DNA of 64,000 bases. Origin: Podarcis pityusensis (lineage: Eukaryota). The notes below the pieces were generated by a model. That model worked only from the letters and a program-made list of their open reading frames with translations. It was not told the origin of the DNA and did not search any database. Positions 1 to 13,931 of this stretch are shown in pieces (the first letter of the stretch is position 1; the number at the start of each line of letters is the position of its first letter). The stretch is from assembly GCA_964106645.2 (NCBI GenBank), contig OZ067046.1; one strand, 5' to 3'. The translations under genes and the position numbers were made by a program.

Positions 1-534
1 AAGGCTGATTAGGTACAAAAGAAAAACCCTTTAGTAACAGCAATGTCACATACTATTTTTTATTCTACGCAGAGATCACTGCTATATAGGAAAATATGTC
101 CACATTAGAGAGGGGGTGTTTTTAAGCCAGAATCAAATGTATTTCTCCACTGAGAATATGCAGTTTGGATTCTATCTCAATTTTTAATAAAAGAGGTTCT
201 TGCCCTGATTTACAGGTTTTCCAACCCGGAGATTCTCCATATAGGAAAAAAAAGAGTAATATTTCAATACGTCTAAAGCAGTGCTTCTCAAACTTTTTTC
301 TCTGGGCCACACTTTTAGAACAAAAATTTGCTTGTACCACACTGATTTTTTTACTGATAAGAAATAAATTGGAAAACAAAACGAAACAACTCCTTGCACT
401 GTTTGATTCCTCTTCACCCTTCTGCTCCACAGGGTTCCCTCAAAATACTGCTTGTTTTCTGTTCTTTGTGTAATTAAGAGATAATTTAAAGCCAGGTACC
501 TCATTGTGGATTACAGGCTATTGGCTGAAATGCA

Positions 535-561
535 GGACATGACTAAACGACTAAACAACAA
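535..561 (+). mobile_element. Bov-B tail remnant (~27 bp)
   Basis: GGACATGACTAAACGACTAAACAACAA matches the terminus of the other two Bov-B copies. Confidence 0.7.
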
Positions 562-2180
562 GAAGTGGTAATATACAGAAAAATATTGTCTCACTCCCTG
601 GCATGTGTACAAAGATCATTACAGCTTGAATCAAATTAAAAGTATCTGAGTTATAAATGTCCCGAAAGCAGGTTTATTATGGAAATGAAACTGGAGGTCT
701 ATCTGCAGCCCCATGGATGAAGAACGTCAGCCTGAAACATGTTAAATGTCCAGCCTTAGATGAGAAAGTTAACATGTGAAGGAGAGCAATTTTGGATAAT
801 AGACACTGGGTAATGGAGGAAGCATTAAGTTTGCAAAAAATTGAGCACTCCTTTTAGAGCTGCTCCACTTGAGATCTTGGACCCAGCTTCCACTTTTATG
901 ACGTGCTTTCAAAAAAAAACACATTGCATTAATATTGTTCTCTCTCTTACACAATAAGTAGCTGATTATTTGGGATGGTGATGGTGGTATAGCGGCAAGA
1001 GGGGATGGTTTAAAACAGAAGCTAGCTGGCAGAAAAACCATTTATCATCTTCAGCCTGCTCTTTATTACTGCATATCTGGGAGCACACCACACGATGACA
1101 GCAGGATAAAATGAGAGATGGCTGTGTTTGACTTCAGTGACTATTCGCTTCAGTCCGCTTTTATAGCTTTAATCATTAACATTTGCACTTTCATGACACA
1201 GTGTATGGGAGCTGGAGTTTAAGCAAGCAAACACTTTGGGAACTGCTGGGCCTTTTTAAAATGAAGTGATTAACTAGAACATAAAAGGGAACAGAAGTGA
1301 TTGTTTCTTAGTGGTGCAAGTGTATCCTTCTTCCCCTCACCCCCATATGTTACATTCTGTGATTGCTATCAGAAGATCAATAGAAGGCAATGAGGCCTGC
1401 AAATTCTGGAATTACTAGAGTTTAGAAACAAAACTATCCTAGCTGGCAAATACAATCCTCATTATCAACTGAGTCCTCCAGACCTCTTCTGAAGTTCAGG
1501 AGGGACTTATCTTCACTGTCAACCAAGTTTTATGGCTGGGCCTGCCTTCCTTTCCCAAACAAACTTATTCAAAGTGAAGAAAGAGCTTCTTTGGACTTGG
1601 TCTTCACAATCTTTCTTACTGAAATCTTAGAAAGACCGTGAGAATTCTGTGGTGGCCAAGCTACATGTTACATGAACTACCTTTCTATGCCTTTTAGTGT
1701 TGTTGTTGAGTGTGGTTTTCTTTTGTTACACAAATAGACAACAGATAGGGACTGGACTGGATCAGGATCCTAGTATGGGGGGTGGTTTTTAAAACCCTTT
1801 ATAGCTGCTGAGATCCCATGCCTGTTTTGCACTGGGGGAAAGCTGCAAGGCACTTCAGTGGGAGTTTTTGCCTGTGTGAAACAGGTTGCTGTGCATGGAA
1901 GCCAGAAATCCTGAAGGGAGCAAAAGAAAAAGAAAGATTGGCCACTGGGGACCCAGATGAAAAAGGGCATTCATGTCAAAGGAAAAGTGACAGTAGGTGA
2001 CATGTTGCAGTCAAGATCATACTTTTAATGTAACAAGCGCTTCTACAGCTGGCTTCTGCTTTGCTTACTATTTCTTCCTATGTCCGTTCTAAATCTTACT
2101 GCATTTCTGAATATTTATTTTATTTATATGACTATTTATTTACTACCTTCACCTTATGGTCACAGTCTTGTCTTTCCCAT

Positions 2181-2695
2181 GGGTGCATTCCGACATGGGG
2201 ATTATTCTGTTGGTTTTCCTGGTTATAATGCTAGTGTTTCTGTTCTGATATCAAAACATTCTTCCATTACCTGTTGTGTTATGGAACTGTGACCATTAGA
2301 TCACATGTTGTGCTAAATTTCATTCACACCAGTGGGCACGATGTGACACAGCAGCAGACACCATTGGAGATGTCACCACCTTTTATGTGCATGTGTGCTT
2401 CTGTTGCCACATGATGCACCCATGAAAACATGGGGGGGGCTGTATGCTTGAATACCACCCCAAATTTCATCACATCACATGCAGAGAAAGTGCAGCACTA
2501 AGCCCCTTGATTTCCCAGGTTACTATGGAATTCGCCCCCCCCCCCCCGGAAGCAATTAACATAGAAATGAGCACTAAATTTCTGCTAGATTCTACTAGAT
2601 TTTTAGAAGTGGCTTTTACATTATGTAAAAAATCACATTGATGCATAAATTATCAGGTACAGGAAAACAGAATGAAGTGCTGTCTGAAAGCAGCC
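2181..2695. mobile_element. Harbinger-like MITE
   Basis: Ends GGGTGCATTCCGACA / TGTCTGAAAGCAGCC. The interior is colinear with a second copy at 31078-31450 (both translate spuriously to ...ARFLEV...). Confidence 0.6.
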
Positions 2696-2911
2696 TTTAC
2701 CTCCTAGTGTAATCTATATAGTATACTATATACTATATACAAAGCACTCCTTTGCTTCCTGATACCTCTTTGCTAGGTGATTATTGGGCATAAAAGACAC
2801 TCTAACTGGGTTTCTGCTGCTTGGCTCTCCTTTCGTCTTGCATTGTGTCATAAGGAGGGAGCAGCTGGCCAATCACAATGCTTTTGGCATGACCAAATTC
2901 CATCAGTTCTG

Positions 2912-3232
2912 AAAGGTAAAGGTAAAGGGACCCCTGCCCGTTAGGTCCAGTCGCGGACGACTCTGGGGTTGCGGTGCTCATCTTGCTTTACTGGCCAAGG
3001 GAGCCGGCGTACAGCTTCCGGGTCATGTGGCCAGCATGACTAAGCCGCTTCTGGCGAACCAGAGCAGCACACGGAAATGCCATTTACCTTCCTGCTGGAG
3101 CTGTACCTATTTATCTACTTGCACAGTGCTTTCGAACTGCTAAGTTGGCAGGAGCAGGGACCGAGCAACGGGAGCTCACCCCGTTGCGGGGATTCGATCC
3201 CCTGACCTTCAGATCGGCAAGCCCTAGGCTCT
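2912..3232 (-). mobile_element. Sauria (Squam1/POM-type) SINE lacking ~30 nt of the 5' head
   Basis: It has a (ACCTTT)n tail on the minus strand, and the body is nearly colinear with the copy at 9635-9988. The B-box region is present and the A-box end is missing. Confidence 0.93.
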
Positions 3233-4039
3233 CTACCATCACCAAGCACTAGGTATCCACAGTTGAGCCACAAAGTTCCAGAGCTTTCATTGCCAATCCA
3301 CAGTGTGACCTTAAACTTTTCTTGTGAAATGCCCTATGGCACATACTTGGATTGCTTTTCCATCCCATTTGCAACTTTCTAGGCAACTGAGAAATTACTG
3401 TTCAACAATTTGCAGTATGGCATGAATATGATGGTTGATATTGTTCTCACTGTAGGTCACTTGCCAACAGTCCATATGAGGAAGGATAACACTCATAATA
3501 GCATGTTGTTGATTTCTGCCACACAGCTAGCACCATCCCTTAGCAACATGTGAGGTCTTTGGTTATCTCTATAGCACAGTGCATTTCAGCTTCCAGCAAC
3601 AAGAAGCTTTTAACCTCCTAACCATGTGTTTCCTCTTTTCATTGTTACTAAGGAATACTGCAAAATTCTGAAAGGCAACAGATTGTCTCATGCTGTGAAC
3701 TGAAAGCTGTGTGATATAAGATATGAGGAAAGACAGTGATACACATACATATACATATACTAGTTTACAAATATCAGTTCACACCTATAGAACTAATGTA
3801 CTACTAACAATGGTTGGTAGTTCACAGGACATGTAGTCTGCTTCTCATGTTACTCGATTGTCCTAGCAAATCAATAATAAATGCATCCTACCAAGACATC
3901 ACCCACTCATGTTTGTCTCATGACCTTTTCACTCATGTATGTAATTAGATGGATATCCACATTTTGTCATTATATGTTCCCACCATTCTACCATGAAACA
4001 TGGCAACTGCCCACTAAAACCTGCCTTATAATCATCTGA

Positions 4040-4565
4040 TCAGAATATGATCACATTGGCTTACAATGAAGGATCCCATATGAATCCAAAGAAGGGCAAC
4101 AAGCAATGGTGGAGGTTGACAGTGTAGTCTAGGAAAAAAGGCTGAAGGAATTGTGTTTATTTAGCTCAGAGAAGAGGGAACTGAAGCAGGATTTATTAAG
4201 AATCTTCAAATATATAAATAGTTGCTTTAAAGAAGATAGAGATCAGTATTTCTTATCTACTGTGGTCAAGATTATAAATAATTATCTTAACAGATTAAGA
4301 AAAGCCTTCCCACTCTACCCCTGGAACATTAGATCACTAGATTTTCAATGGATGAAGTGGAATCTTCAGCACCTAAGGCCTTCACTATCTAATAGAAGCA
4401 AGTGATTAGATCTGTTTAGGTAAGTTCAATACTCAAGCAGGAAGAGTAACAGGATAGCCCCTTCAAAGGTTCTTATACTTGTATATTCAAGTAGCCTTCT
4501 GCCTCTGGCAGAGGTTTGAACTTGATGACTTATTATGTCTCTCCCAGATCTATGATTCTGTGATA
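4040..4565 (+). mobile_element. CR1 LINE 3' fragment (ancient)
   Basis: It translates to IQRRAT...RLKELCLFSSEKRELKQDLLRIFKYINSCFKEDRDQYF, similar to the CR1 ORF2 C-terminus (QRRAT...[21 protein letters not shown].VFKYL). It ends in a CR1 tail GGTTTGAACTTGATGAC...CTATGATTCTGTGAT. Confidence 0.85.
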
Positions 4566-7237
4566 TGAGGATTCTACTCTATAGTGAGGCAATCTCTTTC
4601 AAAAAAGAAGGGATTGTTCATTGTGCTTCTCCCCTTTATTTTCATATTGTTAGATCAAATTTCAAAGCAGCATTAAAACAATGTATTTTTATTCTTCATT
4701 CATCCTGCAGTTCTGATCAAAGGAGTAATTGAAGGGGAAAACCATTTAAGACTTTTAAAAATCACAATCCCTTTACTGTTTATAGATACATTAAGGTAAC
4801 AACTGCAAAAGGTTTGCTCTGATATACGTCCCTGACATACACAGAAAGCATTAGAACTTGTGAATTAGATGGTCCTGAATCAAGGCCACGACTAATAATG
4901 ATGAAGGGAAAGAAAGAAGAGTCCCCAGTCAAAAGGAAATTAAGTTAGAGCCCTTAATTTGTCAGTTTGCAATATGTGTCTGAGCATTTATATAGGATTA
5001 TGACCTCACAAATCAAGTGGCAGTGAAATATGCCTATTTTTTGGCTCCTGATGCCATGTAACTCCATTAGGTAATGCTTAAATATATAGCCTCTTAATCA
5101 TGGATGTTCATAATGAAAAATGCACACTCCCCATAAAAAGTTTATCATACAGCTGTGCCTGCCTATATATAGCACAGGTTTTTATTAGTTCATATAGTTA
5201 TGAAACTACTGAATTGTCCTTTGAGTCTCCTTTCTGAGATTCCAGATAATTAAGCTCAGGGAAAGGATCTCTTACTTTAAAGTTATTTTTGTTATTTCAC
5301 TGGCTTAGGAAAAAATGGTTACCATGCTCTCTAAGCATTAAAACAATAAAAAATAAAATAAAAAATAGAGCACGGTCTCCAGGAAGACTTGGTCTTAATA
5401 TCAATGTAACTGAAATTACTTAAACTATTGGCAGAATTGTAGTACCAGGGTTTCATTTAGCTTAGACAATACAGAGCTCATTAGATGTATTGTTGTAATT
5501 GTGAAGTTTCATCACTGTATATGTATGCACTTTTGCTAAAAATCTAGAGAATACAAGAGCACAGAAGACAAGCAGAAAGGTTTAGAGACTCCAGTGAATC
5601 TGGGGAGCAAATGTAGGTATGAATCCCTGTCATCAATATCATCTCCTCTTCAGCCAAGTAACATTTTTCAGAATGATACAGGTAGGCATAAACATTTATT
5701 CTGCGCTGCTGTCTCTGGTCATCCTAATTTTGTAGGTGTTTGATACACATCAAGCTGCATCTCAGAAAGCTATTTTTCCCCTCCTAGAAAGCAAATGAAG
5801 GCTAACTCCACAGATGTGTACACCGCAATTGTGGGCATCTATTGATGATGTCATTTGAGACAAATGACATGAAGGACACTCAGAAGGCACTTACACCAAC
5901 AGGGGTCACCATCAATTCCCTCATTTGCTGACTGCGCTGTAAATGCATCTCTTTTATTACAGTACTGATTTTCATCTCATCCCTGCCAACGGAGTGGAGC
6001 CCTGCAAACAGAACATTCTTGGCGAGCAGACTTTCCTCTTCTGTTTACATACCCAACTTGCAAGCAATGCCATTGGCCCACTCATAACATAAATACAAAA
6101 TGACTCTGTTAAATAATGTTAAAGGTCAGAAAAGCATATACAGAAAGAGGCTTCCAGTAAAGATAAGCAGCTTATGCCTGCTGCTTACCAACTCCCTCCT
6201 GTTTACAGCTCACCTTCTACAATCTGGAGGATCTAAGTCCAGGTATTGGGCTGTCGTGACTGCTTATATATTATAGAGATCTGCTTATCTGAAATGGTGA
6301 ACTATGCCAGATACATTTCCACAGGAGAGCCTCACTTTATCTCTGGCCCCTTACTTTTCCTCTTTGTCCCCATACGTAGACTGCAGGCACTGCTGTAGCA
6401 GATCTCTGCTACAAATGTGTTGCTATTCATTCCACCGCGGTACGATATTGTTCTGAATACATGCTAACCAGGGCTTTTTGGTCTGACATTGGTACAGAAA
6501 AGTGGCACCTCCTTTTTTGCTGCCAGTTTCTGCTGGCATCCATGGTGCTTTTATCAATATATGAGCACCAGCAGTTCATTTTTCCCATCCTCCTCCCAAA
6601 GCATTGTTGCTAACAGACAGGGCAAGTATCAGGACACAGCCAAGCTTGCTCTTTAAGGCCACAGTTCCATCTTCTGCCACCAGTGGCCTCCGAATTGGTG
6701 TACATGCCTATGGGAACCATTGTGCTCAGAGGGGAGATTTCCATAGGCATATGGCATATTGTTCATATGTCTCCTTTCCATACATTATGCTCAAAGCTGT
6801 TTGCAACAACAACAAATGATAGAAATAATAACAACAGAACAATTAGATCTGCAACAATATATCACAAGCCACAAAAGAAAAGCAGTTCCAAACAAGCTCC
6901 TTGTATCAAACAATGTGAAACGTAATCAATATAACACAACTGGAAAACTATTTCATTAAAAAAAATCCACCCACATTTAGGTGATGCAACAATTAATCTA
7001 TAATTGCAATATCTCAATGCAACAGGGGAATTTATAACGTGGCAATAGCACATCAGTGCACTGAATAACAACAATTCATCACCTAGATTTCATCAAATAC
7101 AGCTGAGCGTTAAAACAAGGGATAACGTAGGCAAAAAATAAATAAAGCAAAATTGAAAAGCAGCAGCAGCTTTAACAAAGTCCAAATTAACCTTTAAAAA
7201 TTGCAATAGGGATTGTAATAGGCACACAAACAATATA

Positions 7238-7476
7238 CAGTGGTACCTCGGGTTAAGTACTTAATTCATTCCGGAGGTCTGTTCTTAACCTGAAACTGTT
7301 CTTAACCTGAAGCACCACTTTAGCTAATGGGGCCTCCTGCTGCCTCGCTGCCGGAGCACGATTTCTGTTCTCATCCTGAAACGAAGTTCTTAACCTGAAG
7401 CACTATTTCGGGGTTAGCGGAGTCTGTAACCTGAAGTGTATGTAACCTGAAGCGTATGTAACCCGAGGTACCACTG
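7238..7476 (+). mobile_element. Tigger/pogo-type MITE (~240 bp)
   Basis: TIRs CAGTGGTACCTCGGGTTA / TAACCCGAGGTACCACTG, TA TSD, and internal TAACCTGAAG repeats. Confidence 0.93.
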
Positions 7477-8521
7477 TATGTAACTTCTTAGTAACAAATC
7501 CTGGTATAAATAATTGCTACTTATTTGCAAGCTTGCTTAGCTACAAGGCATAGATTCTCTCATTACATAATACATGTTCACATGGTTAGTAAACCACATG
7601 TCAGTACTCTATGAGAATCCTTCCAAAATGGTTGTTCATTTGCACAGTTTCGTTCTTATTTGTTTTTCCTTTTGATTTGTTACTTGGTTTCCTCCTATTT
7701 TCTTGTTTTCATTGTTTGCTTGTCTGCCTACTCTGTCAACCAGCCCAGCACTCTTTGATTACTTCTACAATGTTGTTGCTGGTGATGTCATCCTTTACTG
7801 CCATTCTACAGTTATCCTAACAGTGTTTTGATGATTTTGAGCTTATGCTGCTTTAAAGTCTGCATTACACACTTTTTATCCTACTATATATATATATAGA
7901 TAGATAGAATTTCTTGGGCACCCTTCACCATAAGGGCCAGGGCAGGTTACAACGTTATTCAAATCACTTAAAACAATTTACAGGATAAATATGTACATCT
8001 TCAGCATGAAACAGAAGCCATACAGTGAGAGTGCCAGACACATCTCTGTGGGGGAAGGAATCCCACTACTTAGAAGCTGTTGCAAATAATGTTGCAAATA
8101 ATGTCTCCCCACCCCTCTATGCTGATCTTAACACCCGACAGGCTTTAAACACTGTCATGCTGTGAACCGCCCTGAGATCTATGAATGAAGAGTGGCATAC
8201 AAATTTAATTAATGATAACGTCATCATCATCATCATTTATCTGCCTTTGTGCACAATTGTCAGAGCTTAAGCAAATTATGTGCATCATGTATGAAGATGG
8301 GAGGGGGCCATAAGTGCCCCCCCCAATGTATAATATCAGGATCTTTTTAAAAAAAGGAAAGTCAACATTTCTATCCATTTTAAAATTCAGATAAAATAAT
8401 TGGGGAAGCCAGGTTTTTAAGGGGGACATGGGATTTTCATGTTAACTAAAAGGTAGTATGGGTTGAGAAAAGGTTGAGAAACACTGGTTTAATTTGCAGC
8501 TTCAGTAAAGATCAACAAGTT

Positions 8522-8819
8522 AAGAATGGATGAATCCATCATTTTCAATTTTTCTCAGTTTTTATTTTTCCTATCTTAAGTTCCGTTCTCCACATTTCTA
8601 CAACAGATCTTTTTAAGCTCTTATGAAAATTCACCAGCATCTTAGTGCAAATTTATCCCTATACACGCTTTTGTGTCTTCAATTTTGTCTAACATGCATA
8701 TTTTCCCTAACAGAATGCATTTTTGTACATTATTTACACTGATGTATTAATTTTTACTGCCATTTTGTACCAACATATGCCCTTTTGTACGCATTACTTG
8801 GCTGCAGGATTGTATTGCC

Positions 8820-8850
<31 letters not shown>

Positions 8851-8961
8851 AAGTTTAAATTTTGAAGGGTGGCTATCCTTCAGTTTGCATCTTGTTTTGG
8901 AAACTGCAAATTAGATAGGTTCATCTTTAAATATGGAACACATCAAATTTCTCCCCATCCC
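8522..8961. mobile_element. Unclassified ~440-bp AT-rich non-autonomous DNA element
   Basis: Colinear with 12050-12503 and reverse-complementary to 22318-22760; partial relic at 52490-52740. It has GCATTTTTG repeats and ends ...AATTTCTCCCCATCCC. Confidence 0.6.
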
Positions 8962-9634
8962 AGAATTGTAGTAATCCAATAACATAGAGAGGCATCATCT
9001 CAAAGCATAGTCTATCACACAAAGATGATGCATGTGGCCCTTCAAATGTTGTTAGAGTACAGCTTCCATCAGCCACAGCTAGTATGGCCAATGGTCAGGG
9101 AGCTGCAGTCTGATAGCATGAATCCCCATCACTCATCCATCATTACAAACGTTTGTCCTGGAGGACTGACATCATAAGAGCAACAAGACAAAGCAAGACA
9201 AAGCAAAGAACAATAAACAGAAGTAGATCAGGCAGAAGCAGCTCACCAGGTAGGGTAGAGGCTCTCTGCTACCTTTCTGGGTCATTGCTGCTTACTGAGA
9301 GGGGTGAAGTGGTGGGGAGGTTGAAGAGGTGCAGCCACATCAGTGGGAGCACAGGATTGGCTCTGCCACTGTGTTTGCACTGCATGGACCTCCTTGTCAC
9401 CTCACTCCTCTCCGTCGCAATAAGCAACAGTGATCCCCCTCTGCCAGGATGCTAGTGTAGTGATTCTGCCCCACCCATCGAGTTGCTACTAAGAGCAGAT
9501 ACCTAATACAGATACCATTATGTGAAGAGTATATTAGAGATAGACCAGTAGAGATCTTGCAGGTGTGAAGTAGCACAGGTAGCATTACCATTTGAAAATG
9601 AACCACAGGGTTGTTATTATTCCAGTTTTAGATG

Positions 9635-9988
9635 GGTAAAGGTAAAGGGACCCCTGACCATTAGGTCCAGTTGTAGCCAACTATGGGGTTGCGGCGCTCA
9701 TCTCGCTTTATTGGCTGAGGGAGCTGGCGTACAGCTTCCGGGTCATGTGGCCAGCATGACTAAGTCGCTTCTGGCGAACCAGAGCAGCGCACGGAAACGC
9801 CGTTTACCTTCCCGCCGGGGCGGTACCTATTTATCTACTTGCACTTTGACGTGCTTTTGAACTGCTAGGTTGGCAGGAGCTGGGACCGAGCAACAGGAGC
9901 TCACCCCATTGCGGGGATTCGAACTGCCGACCTTCTGATCAGCAAGTCCTAGGCTCTGTGGTTTAACCCACAACGCCACCCGCATCCC
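9635..9988 (-). mobile_element. Sauria (Squam1/POM-type) SINE, full length
   Basis: The minus strand reads a tRNA-like head GGGATGCGGGTGGCGTTGTGGGTTAAACC...GTTCGAATCCCC, then the body, then an (ACCTTT)n tail. Confidence 0.95.
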
Positions 9989-10667
9989 TTTAATTTAGAT
10001 TAAATTAGATTAGTCCTTTTAGATAGGTAATCTACAACAAATATTTGGGTAACTCAATGAAACTAACTACTTGCCTATCTGTTCTGATGAGTTTTGGAAC
10101 ATTTGGCTGTGCATCGCTAAGACTATGAAAGCTTGAAAAAATACCACATACGGCGATAAACAAACTATTTTCTGGTTACTTCTTCTCAGGAAAAAAGCAT
10201 GCAAATCCCATCCCTGCCAATCTTGGGAGCCTAAGGGCAGATTAATTTACCATGACATGCTATAACAAAAATATTGTGCCTCCCAATGCAATGCTTTTTT
10301 GACAGATTGTCAATGAGTTAAGCCTAAGGAGTCAACACAATCTGCACAGGAGAGTTCTTACTTGTTTTACACTTTCTAAGCTTGCTATGTGGGCTTGCCA
10401 AACTCCCTCAATTAAAAAACACCAGTGAAAAATCCCTTTTAAAAACTGTCAGTTGTAGCTATGATCATCCCTTGTTAGACAAGATACCTTGCATAGAAAA
10501 GCTGTGCTCTGTAGCATCACAATAACCACCATCACCACAAAGAAACTAACCACCCAACGTTAAGTAAAAGTCCTCCATACTTATTGCATCTATATTTTAA
10601 CGTCCAATGTTATAAGCCAGCTTGTGACCTAGTAAGCTGCTCAGCCATACAAATTCTTGCAATCAGA

Positions 10668-10857
10668 GGAATACAGAAAGCTGCCTCATATTGAAACAGA
10701 CCATTGGTCTAAGCAGCTCAAACTGATGACAGCAGCTCTCCAAGGTTTCAGACAGAGGTCCTTCTCAGCCCTCCCTGAGGATGCCAGACTCCAAAGGTGG
10801 GGCATTTTGAATGCAAATCACTCTGTCGGTCTATCACTCAGCTACAGCGCTTCCCCC
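10668..10857 (-). mobile_element. tRNA-derived SINE, degenerate
   Basis: The reverse complement gives a GCTGTAGCTGAGTGATAGA head and a CAATGGTCTGTTTCAATATGAGGCAGCTTTCTGTATTCCT tail. Confidence 0.65.
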
Positions 10858-12049
10858 AAGTCCCTGCCCTGGCATTTAAATATTAGGTTTAGCAAGCCAG
10901 TACCCTATGTTCAGCATTTTTACAGATTTTAGGGATATCATGCTTTGCACAATACATCTCATAAAGTATCAGACTGAGCTATGTAGTCATGCAAGCTATT
11001 CTCATGGTGGGAGGAAATGATTAGTTGTAGCTGAACAGCCATTCTGAACTGAAACAGGGGAGGATGCACTAGTTATCATTACCTGTTAAGAAATATTATC
11101 AGTTGTGTTTTGAATGGAAGCCATACATAAGATGTGCTCCAAATCACAGAAACAGAAAGCATTTTCATGGGAGCTGATCTTTGTTTTGCACAATAAGGTC
11201 ACAGTTCAGCAAGACCTAATCTTTTCTTAATGGGCGGGGATTCAGTTCCATTCCTTTAATCTGAAAGATCGAAATGCATTGTTGTAGGTAGTGCCAGGGG
11301 AATGTAACTTTAAAGATAATTAGGTTCAATATCATGCTCTTCAATAGGAAAAAAAATTGTCATAATTCATAGTTAGAAAGGGATGGCATTGGTATCTCTA
11401 TTATTCACTTTGATAATAGCATTAATCAAGATGACCTCTCTACTTATTCATGTCGATGAAATTTGCAGTTCCATGGATACTCAATTGCAGTTTAGCATGA
11501 ATTAATGTACCTTTGCTGGAAAGCCTTTATAAGAAACAATATTATATGCTATTGTCAATAGCAGTGAAAGCAGCTGAGAGGTCCAGGAAAACCAACTGGG
11601 TTGCATCCCCTCCACAATTCTCAGGGTTAAGTCAACTATCAGGGCATCCAAGGGTGTTTGGGTCCTAAAACCAGGGTGGAAACCAGTGTTGAAAGTATTT
11701 CATTATGTCTTCATACACTTTTTGTTCCATGAGGGATAAATAATCAATTATACTGTCTATTCATTAGAGATAGGCAAGAATATCCCAGCTCATAATGGAT
11801 TAATTTGGAAATGTTCTCCCCACTCCAAGTTGGGAAGAACTACAGCTAATTTTCAAAGCCAATTTGATTATTTAATCTATAAAACTATATCATTGCAAAG
11901 TACATGTGATATTCTGCATAGCCAATATAGATGAAGGAAGTTGTTATACTTCCTTGTTAAAAATTTCTGGTGTATCTCTCAGACTGTTGATTTTTGCATC
12001 CAACCTCTAGAGAAATGGATAAATGAAATGTGCATCTGGAACTACAGAT

Positions 12050-12392
12050 AGAAGGTCTGTCAATTTTTGTTCTTCCTTTTTCTCATCTTTTCAGTCTTAA
12101 ATTCAGTTATCCACATTTCCACAGACTTTTGTGATATTATTATTTTTATTTAAAAAAACCTCATTAAAAGTTTTCAGCATTTTAGTGTGAATTTATCCAA
12201 ACAAACACATTTTTGTGTGCAGTTTTGATTAATGTACACATTTTTGCAAGCAATTTCTCCAAATATAATGCATTTTTGTAACCCCCCTATTTTTAATGCA
12301 CATTTCCTCCTAAAACATACAATTTTGTAAGCACTGTTTGGTTTGAGAACAGCGCCACAAAATCTGGATAAGTGCAATTCTTGAAAATGACT

Positions 12393-12438
<46 letters not shown>

Positions 12439-12503
12439 CTTTGCATAAATTTGATAAATTTGACTTTAAATCCCAACTGAAATGAATTTCTCCTCCATAC
12501 CTA
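12050..12503. mobile_element. Same AT-rich element family, with an expanded (TC)n inside
   Basis: Colinear with 8522-8961; (TC)n at ~12396-12436. Confidence 0.6.
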
Positions 12504-13931
12504 TCTGGAACTCAAGTATCTCACAAGTGACTACATTGAATATGACATAATAAGCACACACACAAAAATGCAGTGCCCAAAGTTACTAATGAATCGTCTG
12601 TCAGCACTTCCTTGCAACATCCCAAGCAACATCTATTTTCTGCAGGTGCTTTCAGATGTAGGCCTTTGGGAGTGTCAGCATGCCTGTTCACCACAATCCA
12701 CTTGGACAATGCAGATCCCCATACTGATCCCTGCTAGTCCAGAATGTGGTGTAGAAACAGCTATAGGAGCATGAGACGTCTGCTTTAGCTGAGAATCTTG
12801 TAGGAGTTCCTTCTCTTCCTTAGCATCCCTTCTTGTGTGACACTTGAAATTAGCAGCCGTTCAAATTAGCAGAGCATTACATTATAACCTTCCAAGTCAC
12901 TGTGTCTAAAATCGAGATGTTAGGTCTCAATAAAAGGTTTAGTAGAATACTTTTTGTCTGGAGAGTAAATAAAAAGGATAGAAGAATATGTATTGAACAT
13001 ACAGTTTGAGCATGACTTATATTGGTAATATGCAAATGTTTATAGGGCATTCATGGGCCATAAGAATGGTAGTGATTGTGGTTTTGTGCTTACTTCCCAA
13101 ATGCCTTTGTTACACTGGTTTATTCTTTTTGCTGCAGTAACTGCCGGTTGTTACAAATCCTTTCATGAATGCATTATGGAAAACTGGGGCAGGGTTCTTC
13201 ACTTGTTAGCCAAGTGCAGGCCTGCTGGGACTTTATACTGGGAAGCAGTAGGGGAGCATGGGGTTAAAACTAAAGTACACTAGAAACCCGCTTTAAAAGC
13301 CTAAGCATCTGGCACAAAACTAATGTTCATTAAAAATGCCCCATGGTTTTGTGAAATACGTATTGCTTTGCAATGCAGAACATATTTGTCAGGCATTTTG
13401 TATAAATGCATTCATTTTCCTACTGCACTTCACCTTCTGGAGCACTGAAAATAATTTTAACAAGTCTATTCTTTTGCTGAGAATTCGAGTAAAAACAGTT
13501 TCAGTTGTTTTGTTCTCCATGGTCTGGTGCACAGCACACGCATTCTTTTTAAACAGATAGGGTGTGCAGTTTAATCAGCTCATTTAAATCAGCTCTCCTA
13601 GCACAAGGCACGACAAATTCTGCTCTGACAGATGCACATGACGGAACCAGATTGGAAGTTTGTCCATGGGTAAGTTATCATGAGATTTGACAAACCAGCT
13701 AGTGGGTTCATTCATTGGGTGATAATGTTTTTTTTTAATCCCTGACAGCTGATTCAGGCAATGTAGAACTATCACATGACTGTCCACTACCATGACCACT
13801 TGAGTCTCTCAATGGTTTCTTTTCTGTGCTCACTGATAAGGCTGTTGACCCACTTTTGGGGTTAACAGCCTTATCAAAAGGCTGTTGACCCCCCAAAACT
13901 GAGCTTCCTGATTTTGATCAGTTGGAGAATA

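Noticed and set aside
7238-7476. TAACCTGAAG repeats as a CRISPR-like array
   Set aside because: They are subterminal repeats of a eukaryotic MITE, with irregular spacing, no unique spacers and no cas genes.
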